Of a stretch of DNA of 64,000 nucleotides, positions 44,374 to 53,726 are shown in pieces. A program made the position numbers and the translations under genes. The stretch lies in assembly GCA_040217195.1 (NCBI GenBank), contig JAVJNR010000010.1, positions 17,964 to 81,963 on the forward strand, read 5' to 3'. The notes below the pieces were generated by a model. The model searched no databases and was not told the DNA's origin. It worked only from the letters and a program-made list of their open reading frames with translations. This stretch comes from Leptospiraceae bacterium. GTDB taxonomy: Bacteria > Spirochaetota > Leptospiria > Leptospirales > Leptonemataceae. Every line of letters starts with the position of its first letter. Position 1 is the stretch's first letter.

Positions 44374-46098
44374 CTATCCCAGAAAATCTGCCAGACCATC
44401 ACCCACGTCCTTGATAGTTTCCGTCAGCTTATCCATTCCTTTAATGGCACCATCTATGCTCTTAAACAGTGTTCCTTGAATTTCCTGAATCCCCTTAGCA
44501 ATGGGTTCCAAATTGCCGTCCATCGACTCCATGATTTTCAGAAGTTGCTTTTGAGAGTCATGGGCGATCTGCATTGCTCTTTTGGCCGTATCACTCCTCT
44601 CATAGGCCATATCAGTTTCATTTTTCAGCTTCAAAGGACTTAAACTATGGGTTTTAATGGAAGCGCTCCCTGCGGGCCGCCTCTTTGAAAAATCGACGTT
44701 CGCACCCTCCCCTACAGAGGTCGTGATCTGGGAGTTCCGCATCAACATGCCCCAGGAAAAATCATTTGCTGCGAAGTTACGCCGCTTGAAATTCTGAAGA
44801 ATCTTCCGGTTTTGGTCATTACCGATACCCTGCTCAGCCTGCCGGTATGCTTCAAGGGGGTCCATTCCGGATGCCAGAAGCCTCGAGAGAACGAGGGAGC
44901 CCAAGGGTCCACCCTTATCTGCAGCTCGAACGGACTTGTCGACCGCCTTAGCAATTTCCAATCCTCTACTTGCTGTGCTTCCATTCCTCGACTGGGTGGA
45001 GGACATCTGGGCAGCCAGACCGAGGAAATTCTTCATCTCGGTCTTATCCATGGTGCCGTATCCCTGATCGCGCATCCCTTTGGTATGACCGGCAATCTCC
45101 TGGAGGTATTCTCCCTGGCGAAGGTTTTGTACATTAGCGGCCTTCATGTACCTCACGAACTCCATGGTCTTCATGTCCATGCCACCATAGCGAATCTTTC
45201 CCAAAGCGCTGGCTGCCTCCGAGGCTCCCATCCCCTGGGACGCTGCGAATTTCAGTATGTCATCATCACCGGTACCCTTATTGGAAACCTTGTATCCTCT
45301 TCGCATTCCCGATTGTTTCAGAAATTCAAGGTTGGCCATACCTACTTCCGGATGGTTAAAAAGGCCTCCGCTATAATGAGTAAATCCTATCGCACGATAA
45401 GACTGCTGCTGGGACATCAATACATTGGAGTATTTCTCGCCCATGGCCGAAATGGCCTTCATCAAGGCACCGGCTATTGCGAAAACAATGCCAATATAAG
45501 GGGCCGCTTTCCCCATCCCGGACATGGTTCCGCCAGGATTGCCCGGTCCCCCGGAACCTGTCCCAGAGCCACTGCCAGACCCGCTTCCGCCAAGCCCTCG
45601 GGCATTTCGAAAGACGGCGTTCTGAACAAATAACCGCTGGATGGGCTTGTTCTTCTTGTCGTTTTTTTCGCCAAAGAGGCGGCCGAACATACCGCCTCCG
45701 GCGTTCGCTGCACTCTGCAGGGCATCGGTGCCACCACCGCCGCCTTCCGATTCCCCTCCCCTGTTGTCCTTGTCTTTGTCCCGGCGGAACATGTCCCGGG
45801 TACGCTTCAGCGCATCGATCTTGTCTTTTGCGGCATTGTAGAATCCACCTCTAAGGAACTCTTCTTCGCCGGACTGCGCCTGCTGGGCGGCCTGCTGTGC
45901 ATTCTGATAGACTTCCCGCTTTTTTTGCTCTTGCCGCTTCTCCTCCATGCGGCGGCGCTGCACAGCGGCATAGGATTGAGGCCCTGCCTGGCCGGCGTCG
46001 ACTGCCGTCTTAATGGGTTGACCGGCCTGCTTTCGGAACTTCTCGACCTGCTGCCTGGCCTGTCTATCGTCCAGGTCGAGTTTTACATTGATAGGCAT
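44374..46098 (-). CDS. Tape measure protein (574 aa, inverted relative to tail operon)
   Basis: MPINVKLDLDD start after late promoter; Ala/Gly/Met-rich helical with a hydrophobic segment. Confidence 0.7.
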   Translation of the reverse strand: MPINVKLDLDDRQARQQVEKFRKQAGQPIKTAVDAGQAGPQSYAAVQRRRMEEKRQEQKKREVYQNAQQAAQQAQSGEEEFLRGGFYNAAKDKIDALKRTRDMFRRDKDKDNRGGESEGGGGGTDALQSAANAGGGMFGRLFGEKNDKKNKPIQRLFVQNAVFRNARGLGGSGSGSGSGTGSGGPGNPGGTMSGMGKAAPYIGIVFAIAGALMKAISAMGEKYSNVLMSQQQSYRAIGFTHYSGGLFNHPEVGMANLEFLKQSGMRRGYKVSNKGTGDDDILKFAASQGMGASEAASALGKIRYGGMDMKTMEFVRYMKAANVQNLRQGEYLQEIAGHTKGMRDQGYGTMDKTEMKNFLGLAAQMSSTQSRNGSTASRGLEIAKAVDKSVRAADKGGPLGSLVLSRLLASGMDPLEAYRQAEQGIGNDQNRKILQNFKRRNFAANDFSWGMLMRNSQITTSVGEGANVDFSKRRPAGSASIKTHSLSPLKLKNETDMAYERSDTAKRAMQIAHDSQKQLLKIMESMDGNLEPIAKGIQEIQGTLFKSIDGAIKGMDKLTETIKDVGDGLADFLG

Positions 46099-46103
46099 AC
46101 CTG

Positions 46104-46128
46104 ATCCTATTGGTGGATCAAACTTCGG
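46104..46128 (-). promoter_or_regulatory. Putative late promoter CCGA-N15-TAGGAT
   Basis: 30 nt before ATG 46098. Confidence 0.7.
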
Positions 46129-46139
46129 TCCAGCCTTGT

Positions 46140-46164
46140 CCGATAGCCCTCTTCCAGGGATACT
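46140..46164 (+). promoter_or_regulatory. Putative late promoter CCGA-N15-GATACT
   Basis: 31 nt before ATG 46171. Confidence 0.7.
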
Positions 46165-46170
46165 CCAGCC

Positions 46171-46557
46171 ATGGAAACACACCGCATTATTGTGGAGACT
46201 CTGGCCCGCAGCGAATCGCAGAAAGAACGTTCTATTCTCCCGAAGATCGAGCTGGAGGCCCAGACTCAGGAACCACAGCACCTTACCTACTGGATCAATG
46301 ACCAGGATAACCTGGTAAACATCCCGATCATTCCTTCCACGCTAAACTACCTGATTATCCGAGCCACCTATACCCAGGATGATACGCAAGCTGGAGTCCA
46401 GGCCGGTGACCTTGCGCCTTTCCACGTCCGGGTGGATGGCGACACCCAGGATCGGGCGCGCAAAGGCCTGTATGTTCTGACTGGAGATGTGACGAGTCTG
46501 GAAGTCGGCACCCCTGTAACCAACGGCAAAGTTGAACTCAAAGTACTGATGGGCTAA
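46171..46557 (+). CDS. Virion structural hypothetical protein
   Basis: Late promoter; beta-rich. Confidence 0.65.
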   Translation: METHRIIVETLARSESQKERSILPKIELEAQTQEPQHLTYWINDQDNLVNIPIIPSTLNYLIIRATYTQDDTQAGVQAGDLAPFHVRVDGDTQDRARKGLYVLTGDVTSLEVGTPVTNGKVELKVLMG

Positions 46558-46563
46558 CTGTAG

Positions 46564-47739
46564 ATGCTTCGGGAGAGTCGATTCACACTTTCCGGGCTTG
46601 CTTCCCTGGTCCGCTTCGGGAAAGGCGGGAAGGCTATCCGCTCCACCTCGGAAGGGTTGGAGGCTCGGACCAATGACGATTCTGCGCTGGAACGGTTCCG
46701 TGGGGCTGACCCGGCACTACCCCAGGATCTCGTCCCCCTGGGCTATGCAGATAATCGATACGCGAACAGGGTAAACCCGGCCACCGGGGCAAAGCTCATT
46801 CGGACGAACCAGGCAGGCTCTTCCATCGAAGAAACCGGTATAGCAGTCGATGATGACGGCAACGTAACGATCCCCGGCAACCTGTTTGTGGAAGGCACTC
46901 AGACCCAGATCGATACCAGCACTCTCCAGGTTGAGGATAAGAACATTGAGATTGCGAGGAACGCCACCACGGATGCAGAAGCGGACGGTGGTGGCATTGA
47001 TCTAATAGGCAACGTAAAGAAATGGATCCGGTGGATACTATCGAGAGATGCCTGGGTTTTCTCCGAAAACATCGATCTGGAATCGGGAAAAGAATTTCGG
47101 ATCGATGGAGTAGAACTCTTTGATACAAAGTCCACAGACGATCTACAGGAAGGGTCGACAAACAAGTACTTCACCGACGGCATTGCAGACACCTGGCTGA
47201 ACAACCGAAGCTCCGACGATATCCCGGAAGGATCGACCAATCTATTCTTCACAGATACCAACGCAGCCAACTGGTTTGCGGCGCGCACTGCGGACGAACT
47301 GGCCGAAGGATCGATCAATCTCTACTTCAACAAATACCGGGTGAATGGAATCTTCCTGGTGGTGGACATGGTCGGCCACGGTTTTTCGAAAAATGACATC
47401 CTGGTAAAAGACCCGGTCACCGAAACCTTTGTACTGGCGGACTGCACGGATCCCCTGCGGACACTTCCGGCCGGAATAGTTGCGGCCGTCGTGAGTCCAG
47501 ACCAATTCGTTCTACTGACCTACGGCTGGCTCCAGGGAGATCCCGGCGACTACTCCTTTACCGGACGGGCCTATCTTGATGGGAGCACTCCCGGCGCCAT
47601 TTCCGACACGGAACCGGCGACGGAAACCAGTGTAATCCTCGGCCAGATTGATTCCAACGGTGTCTTCCTGTTCCGGCCCCGGATAGACTACGGTACGGCC
47701 AATGACTTCATAACTGAATTCGAGAACGGGCTGAACTGA
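46564..47739 (+). CDS. Tail fibre-like protein
   Basis: GNVTIPGNLFVEGTQTQIDTSTLQVEDKNI; three TDDLxEGSxNxYFT repeats. Confidence 0.75.
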   Translation: MLRESRFTLSGLASLVRFGKGGKAIRSTSEGLEARTNDDSALERFRGADPALPQDLVPLGYADNRYANRVNPATGAKLIRTNQAGSSIEETGIAVDDDGNVTIPGNLFVEGTQTQIDTSTLQVEDKNIEIARNATTDAEADGGGIDLIGNVKKWIRWILSRDAWVFSENIDLESGKEFRIDGVELFDTKSTDDLQEGSTNKYFTDGIADTWLNNRSSDDIPEGSTNLFFTDTNAANWFAARTADELAEGSINLYFNKYRVNGIFLVVDMVGHGFSKNDILVKDPVTETFVLADCTDPLRTLPAGIVAAVVSPDQFVLLTYGWLQGDPGDYSFTGRAYLDGSTPGAISDTEPATETSVILGQIDSNGVFLFRPRIDYGTANDFITEFENGLN

Positions 47740-48341
47740 TGAAGGAATTCCAGAAAATCGCAGCACGTCTCCGTGCGGAGTTCAATTCAATCCGCGCTCT
47801 GTTCGGGAGTTCCAATGGTCTGGCCACCCTGGATGGCTCGGGACATCTCCCGGATACCCAGCTTTCACTGGCTGGCAAGTCTACGGATGATCTTGCCGAA
47901 GGAAGCAATCTATACTTCACCGACGCCCGAGCAACTGACGCCGTTTCCGGAGCGCTATCGGCAAAACAGGACACCTCGGAGAAAGGCCAGCCAAACGGAT
48001 ATGCGTCACTGGACGGATCCGGCCAAGTGCCATCCGCCCAGCTCCCGGCGGAGACAACAGATCATGTACACCAGGATCCGGCCAGCGATCAGACATGGTA
48101 TTCCGTTCCCTCGCCGGGAACATATTTGATCGTCCTGTTCGCCGAAATTGCGGCAGGGGCCTCGCACGAACTGGCCATAAACAATAACACCGCCCCCGTA
48201 TTCTCAAAGAGCAATGGCACTGGTTCTGGCCCCCTGCCCTTCACATTTACAACGGTCCAGGCTATATCCGACGCCACCAACGCGCTCTATATCAATTCTG
48301 CCAATAGCAACATGATGCTGACGGCCATCAAACTGGCATAG
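47739..48341 (+). CDS. Short tail fibre protein (paralog of 48359-49204 N-terminus)
   Basis: NGLATLDGSG, STDDLAEGSNLYFTDARA, EKGQPNGYASLD. Confidence 0.75.
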   Translation: MKEFQKIAARLRAEFNSIRALFGSSNGLATLDGSGHLPDTQLSLAGKSTDDLAEGSNLYFTDARATDAVSGALSAKQDTSEKGQPNGYASLDGSGQVPSAQLPAETTDHVHQDPASDQTWYSVPSPGTYLIVLFAEIAAGASHELAINNNTAPVFSKSNGTGSGPLPFTFTTVQAISDATNALYINSANSNMMLTAIKLA

Positions 48342-48358
48342 GGAAGTGAAACTATACG

Positions 48359-49204
48359 ATGAATGAGCTGAAGCGCATAGCAGGCAGGATACGCGATGAG
48401 TTCAATGCTCTCCGGACCACCTTCGGCCAGGCGAACGGCGTTGCCACGTTGAATGCCTCCGGAAAGCTTCCTGACTCCCAACTCTCCCTTTCCGGCAAGA
48501 CTACGGATGCCCTGGCGGAAGGATCCACCAATCGCTATTTCACGGATGCCCGTGCCCAAAACGCGCTGGCCACTTCCCTGGCGGCCAAGCAGGACATCTC
48601 AGAGAAAGGGGCTGCCAATGGGTATGCTTCCCTGGACAGCTCTGGGACCGTTCCGTTAGCGCAGCTCCCGGCGGCGGCCACCAACAGCCGTGTCGGGGAA
48701 ATTGGAATATTTATTACATCGACGCCGCCACAGGGAGTGGTCTACTTCAACCGGGCGAGCTTATCCCGGACCTCCTATTCAGACCTCTGGGCCTGGGTCC
48801 AGAACCATCCGGAACTATATGATGATACGGGATCCGACAAACAGAAGTTCGGACCCGGTGATGACAGCACTACATTCGATTTACCGGACTGGAAAGGGAT
48901 CGGAGTCCGTGGAGCGGGTACTTCGTCCGCTTTTCAAAAGGCAAACGGCAACTACTACGATGGAGGCAATCTGCTCGACGTACTCCTCGATGGCCTGAAG
49001 GACCACAGGCACTATGTGAGTGGATACGTTTACTATGGGAACTCCACTTTCTGGATCTATTATTCAGGCACCGGCCACCCAAATGAGGCAGTAACACAGA
49101 CCTACACTGCCGGGCCTGCGAGCAACAGTTCAGGCGATCCGCGGTCCACCGACGAGAACCGTGGAGTCACGGTCGCGATCCACTGGGGGATTCGTTATGA
49201 ATAG
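48359..49204 (+). CDS. Tail fibre protein with collar domain
   Basis: VGEIGIF....PPQG...LSRTSYSDLW...GDDSTTFDLPDWKG..RG; DHRH; ENRGVTVAIHWGIRY. Confidence 0.88.
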   Translation: MNELKRIAGRIRDEFNALRTTFGQANGVATLNASGKLPDSQLSLSGKTTDALAEGSTNRYFTDARAQNALATSLAAKQDISEKGAANGYASLDSSGTVPLAQLPAAATNSRVGEIGIFITSTPPQGVVYFNRASLSRTSYSDLWAWVQNHPELYDDTGSDKQKFGPGDDSTTFDLPDWKGIGVRGAGTSSAFQKANGNYYDGGNLLDVLLDGLKDHRHYVSGYVYYGNSTFWIYYSGTGHPNEAVTQTYTAGPASNSSGDPRSTDENRGVTVAIHWGIRYE

Positions 49205-49922
49205 AGCACTGGTTTTCGACCCCGACACAGGAGAGTTCCTTCGTTATGAAACGGCAATACCGGATCAAAAGAATCCGGGTGAGTTTCTACTTCCACCGCA
49301 TAGCGTCCTGGAATCCGGCCTATCAATACCGGAAAGCGGCCCAAACGAAACCTTAATTCTTCAGAGTGGATCCGTTCTGGCTGTCCCTGATTTCAGAGGT
49401 CTGGATTATTACAATAAATCAACGGGCGCAAAAGTAGAACTGGAACTGGGACAGAGCCCGGATTCTACAATGACCAGCGTGGTCCCCGGGGAATTCGAAA
49501 CAGGCCCCTGGATCGAAGAAGAATCCAGGTGGACCGTCGACTCCAACAAGCTGGCGGAAGCAAAGTCCAACTTGATCTCGAAGCTTGAAGCTATTCGGCA
49601 ATTCAAGGAATTCACTTACCGCTCCACGGTCACCGTCCACTCGATAGACTGGGATTCCGGAGAGAAATACCTTCGAAACCTTGAAAGGGCCATCTCATTG
49701 TACTCCACCCACCCGGTTTCCGCTTGGTTGGATAGTAGCAACAACCCGCACCCGGTGCCGGGCGTAGCCTACCTCGAGGCAATCCGGGATGCAGTCGACC
49801 TCGATACCTTTCAGGCCGGACAGACTCTATACAGTGTGAAATGGACAAAGCGAGATGAAGTCAACTCGCTGGGACCGGAAGGCGTGAAGAACTACAACGC
49901 GGAATCCGGATGGCCCTGGTAA
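49197..49922 (+). CDS. Tail fibre assembly chaperone (DUF4376-like C-terminus)
   Basis: FDPDTGEFL...LLPPHS...VPDFRG..YY; WLDSSN. Confidence 0.75.
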   Translation: MNRALVFDPDTGEFLRYETAIPDQKNPGEFLLPPHSVLESGLSIPESGPNETLILQSGSVLAVPDFRGLDYYNKSTGAKVELELGQSPDSTMTSVVPGEFETGPWIEEESRWTVDSNKLAEAKSNLISKLEAIRQFKEFTYRSTVTVHSIDWDSGEKYLRNLERAISLYSTHPVSAWLDSSNNPHPVPGVAYLEAIRDAVDLDTFQAGQTLYSVKWTKRDEVNSLGPEGVKNYNAESGWPW

Positions 49923-49928
49923 GCTGCG

Positions 49929-51560
49929 TCAGCCCCAGTCCCCTTCCGGGGCATTCTCTTCCTTGGAAGGGTCATAGTCCTCGAAATCGAATTCCTGTTG
50001 CTCCGAGGCTTCTGGCGGCATCCCCATGTCGCCCTCTGCGCCACCGGCAAGATTCTGCACAAGCTGAGCTCCAGACTGACTCCAGTTTGTATCCAGGACA
50101 AAGGCTCCGGCGTACTTCACCTGCTCGAAGTCTTCATCGGACAGGTCATAGATTTTTCGGAGCGCCTCCCCGACTGTCGGCATATCCCTTCGGCTCCGAA
50201 CTTCATCCATCAACTCTATGGACTTAACCAGTTTCTCGTCCCTTTCGAGCCGCTTATCTTCATCTTCCTTCTCAACTCCATTGAAGACGAAAACCAGTGG
50301 TTCGTACCTGTCCACAGTCTCCATTATATCGTTGCATACGTCTGCAAAATAGGATAGCATCGACTTCTTTGCCCTGGTCATTGCGGCATCTATCCGCCCA
50401 TCCATGGACCCTTCAGACAGTCCCTGGCTACCCATCAAACGCAGGCCGAGCTCCGCTTGGTCCATTCCATGGGCGGCCAGGGTAAAGGTCGTGACCCATT
50501 GCATCAGCTTTTCGAATGCCATGTCGCTCAGGGTATTGAGGTTGGTGAACTTGAGGTCCTGGGCCTCGGACGTAATCAAGGGGATCCGGTGATTGTTATT
50601 GTTTCCCGAAAACATGTTCTCCCATTGCACCTGGAGATCATCCAGTACTTCCTGGGGCATGTTTCCGGGAAGGTAGAGGAATCCGGGAGGCGGATTGTTC
50701 GAGAACCGATCGCGGTTGAACTTCAAGGCATTCATAGTGGCGATGATTTCCATTACGGAGACCTCCGCTGGAGACAACCCCGAGTTTCGGTACCGAACAT
50801 CGCTAAGTTCATTCTGGTGCCGCACAATGATCTCTTCATCTGTGAAGGTTTCGACCACTGTATTGTTCACGATCTGCACCCAGCGGATCCGTGGGTCATT
50901 CTTGTATCCGGACTCAGTTGTGGGGTAGATAGTTGCGGGGTCCAGATATTTGACTTCGACAACCTGACCCCTCCGATTACGGACCAGGTAGAAGGCCACA
51001 CTGTCGATGGCTAAAGTATCCCGGATCATGAACTGGAAGACGGCATGAAACCGATCCCGGTTCTGCCAGCCCTCCACCTTATCGCCCATGAACTCGAAGA
51101 ATTTTCTGGCATCCCGGATAAGCTCCTTGTCCCCATCCCCCGGGGATTTGTCCGGATCTTGCAGGTCGAAGTCGAACCCCTCCTTTTCTCGGAATGGCCG
51201 ACCGAATTGACCCAGGTCATCAATTCGAACCTTGTGGATGGCACCGACCAGAGTATTTGAATAGGATAGTTTCCGGAGGTCATTGAAAGAGGGGCGGTCA
51301 GGATTGCGGAGCCGGATTCCCTGGTTGATCAGGCTTTGCTCTTCGGATGTAAAGACCGGTTTTCTCTCTTCTTGTTCTCTCGATTGGACACCGTGGAACA
51401 TGGACTTCGCCAGGGCGTACATCCTTGAGTCCTTGAATTCTCGGATATCCTCCCGGGCACGCTGGGCCTGGGACTGTCGATTCCGGGCTGCCCGGAGTCT
51501 CTTCTGGAGGTTCTTTTCGTAGTTCGGGCCTCTGGGTCGACCGGGCTTTCCGTTTGCCAT
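49929..51560 (-). CDS. Portal protein
   Basis: DTLAID, YLDPATI, GLSPAE, FSNNPPPGFL, DMAFEK, GMDQAELG, DEVRSRRDMP. Confidence 0.9.
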   Translation of the reverse strand: MANGKPGRPRGPNYEKNLQKRLRAARNRQSQAQRAREDIREFKDSRMYALAKSMFHGVQSREQEERKPVFTSEEQSLINQGIRLRNPDRPSFNDLRKLSYSNTLVGAIHKVRIDDLGQFGRPFREKEGFDFDLQDPDKSPGDGDKELIRDARKFFEFMGDKVEGWQNRDRFHAVFQFMIRDTLAIDSVAFYLVRNRRGQVVEVKYLDPATIYPTTESGYKNDPRIRWVQIVNNTVVETFTDEEIIVRHQNELSDVRYRNSGLSPAEVSVMEIIATMNALKFNRDRFSNNPPPGFLYLPGNMPQEVLDDLQVQWENMFSGNNNNHRIPLITSEAQDLKFTNLNTLSDMAFEKLMQWVTTFTLAAHGMDQAELGLRLMGSQGLSEGSMDGRIDAAMTRAKKSMLSYFADVCNDIMETVDRYEPLVFVFNGVEKEDEDKRLERDEKLVKSIELMDEVRSRRDMPTVGEALRKIYDLSDEDFEQVKYAGAFVLDTNWSQSGAQLVQNLAGGAEGDMGMPPEASEQQEFDFEDYDPSKEENAPEGDWG

Positions 51561-51567
51561 GGCTCGA

Positions 51568-51592
51568 ACAGTAGCAGAATGCGGGCCATCGG
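51568..51592 (-). promoter_or_regulatory. Putative late promoter CCGA-N15-TACTGT
   Basis: 32 nt before portal ATG 51560. Confidence 0.7.
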
Positions 51593-51661
51593 AGAACCGA
51601 CAGGGTATTTTTACCGGGTTTTTCCAGGTTTTTTCCGGGGAAAAATATCTGAAATATCTGA

Positions 51662-51686
51662 CCGATTGCCCGTGGACTGCTATGGT
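51662..51686 (+). promoter_or_regulatory. Putative late promoter CCGA-N15-TATGGT
   Basis: 31 nt before ATG 51693. Confidence 0.7.
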
Positions 51687-51692
51687 CCGGAC

Positions 51693-51974
51693 ATGCGCAA
51701 GACCCTACCCAATATCGCAGACATCGAACGGAAATCATTGGAGAACCACTTCTCCCTGCCCCCTGGGGACGCCCTTTTTCAGGATCCGAAAAAGGTATTT
51801 ATTGTCACCGCTATCGAAGCGGGGGCCGGGTGGACGCTTACCTATGACTGCATCAGCGGGAAGAGCGGTACTCGTTCCGGGAGCGGAAACAGGGAGTTCC
51901 ACCACCCGGTCACCGCCGCGCACTTCACAGACACAACCGGCGTGGACCGGATTGTAGGATTCTACCTGGGTTGA
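51693..51974 (+). CDS. Small virion hypothetical protein
   Basis: Start refined by promoter geometry: MRKTLPNIADIERK... Confidence 0.6.
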   Translation: MRKTLPNIADIERKSLENHFSLPPGDALFQDPKKVFIVTAIEAGAGWTLTYDCISGKSGTRSGSGNREFHHPVTAAHFTDTTGVDRIVGFYLG

Positions 51975-51987
51975 ATCCCCGCATTGC

Positions 51988-52012
51988 CCGAAATCATAGC
52001 GCTCGATAGGAT
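51988..52012 (+). promoter_or_regulatory. Putative late promoter CCGA-N15-TAGGAT
   Basis: TTGCCCGAAA, 30 nt before ATG 52018. Confidence 0.7.
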
Positions 52013-52017
52013 TGGAT

Positions 52018-52908
52018 ATGGCTAACTGGCAGGGAGAGTTCAACGATCAGTCCCAGGACTATGAGTACCGGGATCTGGGGATGCGCCTGTCACCGGGAGA
52101 GGATCCCCCTCCCCGCTGGGGCTGCCTCCTGCATCCCGACGAACTCCGAAGAGTCATTTTCGTTGGCAACAGCCTGCTCGTAACCGTAAACGGGGAACAG
52201 CTCACCAACTACCAGCTGAAGAACTGGCTGGACCATAATGTTCGGGTTCTCCAGGAAAGACTCCAGTTCGATATCTACCCCCGCCTCTGGAGATCCAGGC
52301 CGGTTCGCAACATCAATCATCGGGAGATCGAGCCCTATGCCGAATGGGACGATTTCTATATGTTCGACGGCAACCAGCACGATAAGAATTTCTTCGTGAA
52401 GCTCAGGCGCCGTCCCCTGGCCAGACTTCATAATTGGGAAGTGAAGAGTCCCTTCACCGGAGAAACGCTGATCAATCTGACCGACTATGCTCTCATCAAC
52501 TACCGCCGGGGGACCATGCGGGCCGCTCTCTTTAACACCGGATCCTATGCCGGATACAGCGGGATGCCCATTGCCCAATGGCGGTTCGGAACAGGCAGGC
52601 ATGCGGCCGCGCATTTCATCGATTACACAACGGGCTATGACCACGCGGATCGGGTGCCCCGAGAACTGAAAGAATTACTGATCAACCGCATGACTATCGA
52701 TGTAATGAGCGCCTACGGGGATGGGATCGTCGGTGGCCTGGCCAATTCCAGTGTCTCTGTCGGCTCGCTATCTGAATCCATCGGCACCACCATGTCAGCA
52801 ACCAGCGCCTACTATGGTGCCAGGATTGCCGAAAAGCAGAAGTGGGAAGAAAACTGGTTCAAGACTCGCGCCCACGCCTATTCAGGAGTCGGTTTCAAAG
52901 TCCTCTGA
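52018..52908 (+). CDS. Head-tail adaptor/neck protein
   Basis: IDYTTGY....VPRELKELL; SVSVGSLSES; YYGARI. Confidence 0.7.
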   Translation: MANWQGEFNDQSQDYEYRDLGMRLSPGEDPPPRWGCLLHPDELRRVIFVGNSLLVTVNGEQLTNYQLKNWLDHNVRVLQERLQFDIYPRLWRSRPVRNINHREIEPYAEWDDFYMFDGNQHDKNFFVKLRRRPLARLHNWEVKSPFTGETLINLTDYALINYRRGTMRAALFNTGSYAGYSGMPIAQWRFGTGRHAAAHFIDYTTGYDHADRVPRELKELLINRMTIDVMSAYGDGIVGGLANSSVSVGSLSESIGTTMSATSAYYGARIAEKQKWEENWFKTRAHAYSGVGFKVL

Positions 52909-52914
52909 CGTTGC

Positions 52915-52939
52915 CCGATACACAGTTCCCTGCAATGGT
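52915..52939 (+). promoter_or_regulatory. Putative late promoter CCGA-N15-AATGGT (lysis operon)
   Basis: TTGCCCGATA, 30 nt before ATG 52945. Confidence 0.65.
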
Positions 52940-52944
52940 GAAGC

Positions 52945-53514
52945 ATGCCCGCAGCAGGCCTCCCATTAAACTTCGCCGGATTGCTCCCGGAAGCCTCCTG
53001 GATTTTCTGGACTACCCTGATTACAGCCTTCGCAACAGGCTTCTGGAGATTATCTATATGGGGAGCCCTCCGAAAGACTGAAAAAGAAATCCTTCCAAAA
53101 GTAGAGAAGGTCAGGGCTGACCTTACAGACAAGATCACGGAGTCCGAAGATCGGACGGAAAAGCGCATCAACAACCTCGAAGAGCATAGCTCAGCGTCCG
53201 TAAAGGAACTGAACGATAAACGTGAACGCCTTGAGCGTGAACTGGAAACGCGCCTCGATAGCATGCGCGAACACTCCCTGAACCTCCACCATTCCCTGGA
53301 AATCGACAACGCAAAACTCCGTCAGCAGATGGAGGGCCTTCAAAGCTATTCCAATCAAATCATGGGCCGCATCGATGAAGTCGAGCGCCGTATGGAGGAC
53401 CGGGTCGGTCGTTCTGAAAAGGCCATACTCCAGAAACTGGAAGATGACCAGAAGCATTTCCACGACGGCCTTTCGGAGCTAAAGAAAGAGATCAGATCCT
53501 GGAGGAACCAATGA
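52945..53514 (+). CDS. Membrane-anchored coiled-coil protein (lysis operon)
   Basis: One N-terminal TM, long coiled coil. Confidence 0.7.
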   Translation: MPAAGLPLNFAGLLPEASWIFWTTLITAFATGFWRLSIWGALRKTEKEILPKVEKVRADLTDKITESEDRTEKRINNLEEHSSASVKELNDKRERLERELETRLDSMREHSLNLHHSLEIDNAKLRQQMEGLQSYSNQIMGRIDEVERRMEDRVGRSEKAILQKLEDDQKHFHDGLSELKKEIRSWRNQ

Positions 53515-53726
53515 GCATCGGAATGAAACTACTGGCAGACCTGGTCGCAAGCCGGTTTGGCCCCTATATCATCATCTTCGCACTACTTCTTCTCATAGTG
53601 GGCGGCTGGCGCGGATACGCCTGCGCGTCTCAAGCAATCAATTCTCCGGAGGAACCAAATGAAGTTCAGGATGCTATCATCCCTGCTCCTGGCGACTATG
53701 ATCGTCTTAAACTGCCAGAGCAGTGA
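53511..53726 (+). CDS. Putative i-spanin (inner-membrane anchored)
   Basis: Single TM; overlaps downstream lipoprotein ORF. Confidence 0.5.
   Translation: MSIGMKLLADLVASRFGPYIIIFALLLLIVGGWRGYACASQAINSPEEPNEVQDAIIPAPGDYDRLKLPEQ

Noticed and set aside
44812..45633. 273-aa + strand ORF
   Set aside because: Antisense shadow of the tape measure gene
46099..46281. ORF-track N-terminal extension of tape measure
   Set aside because: Overlaps the divergent gene and both promoters; ATG 46098 fits promoter geometry
46564..49922. Possible invertible fibre cassette or diversity-generating retroelement
   Set aside because: No invertase, reverse transcriptase, inverted crossover sites or adenine-specific TR/VR pair seen
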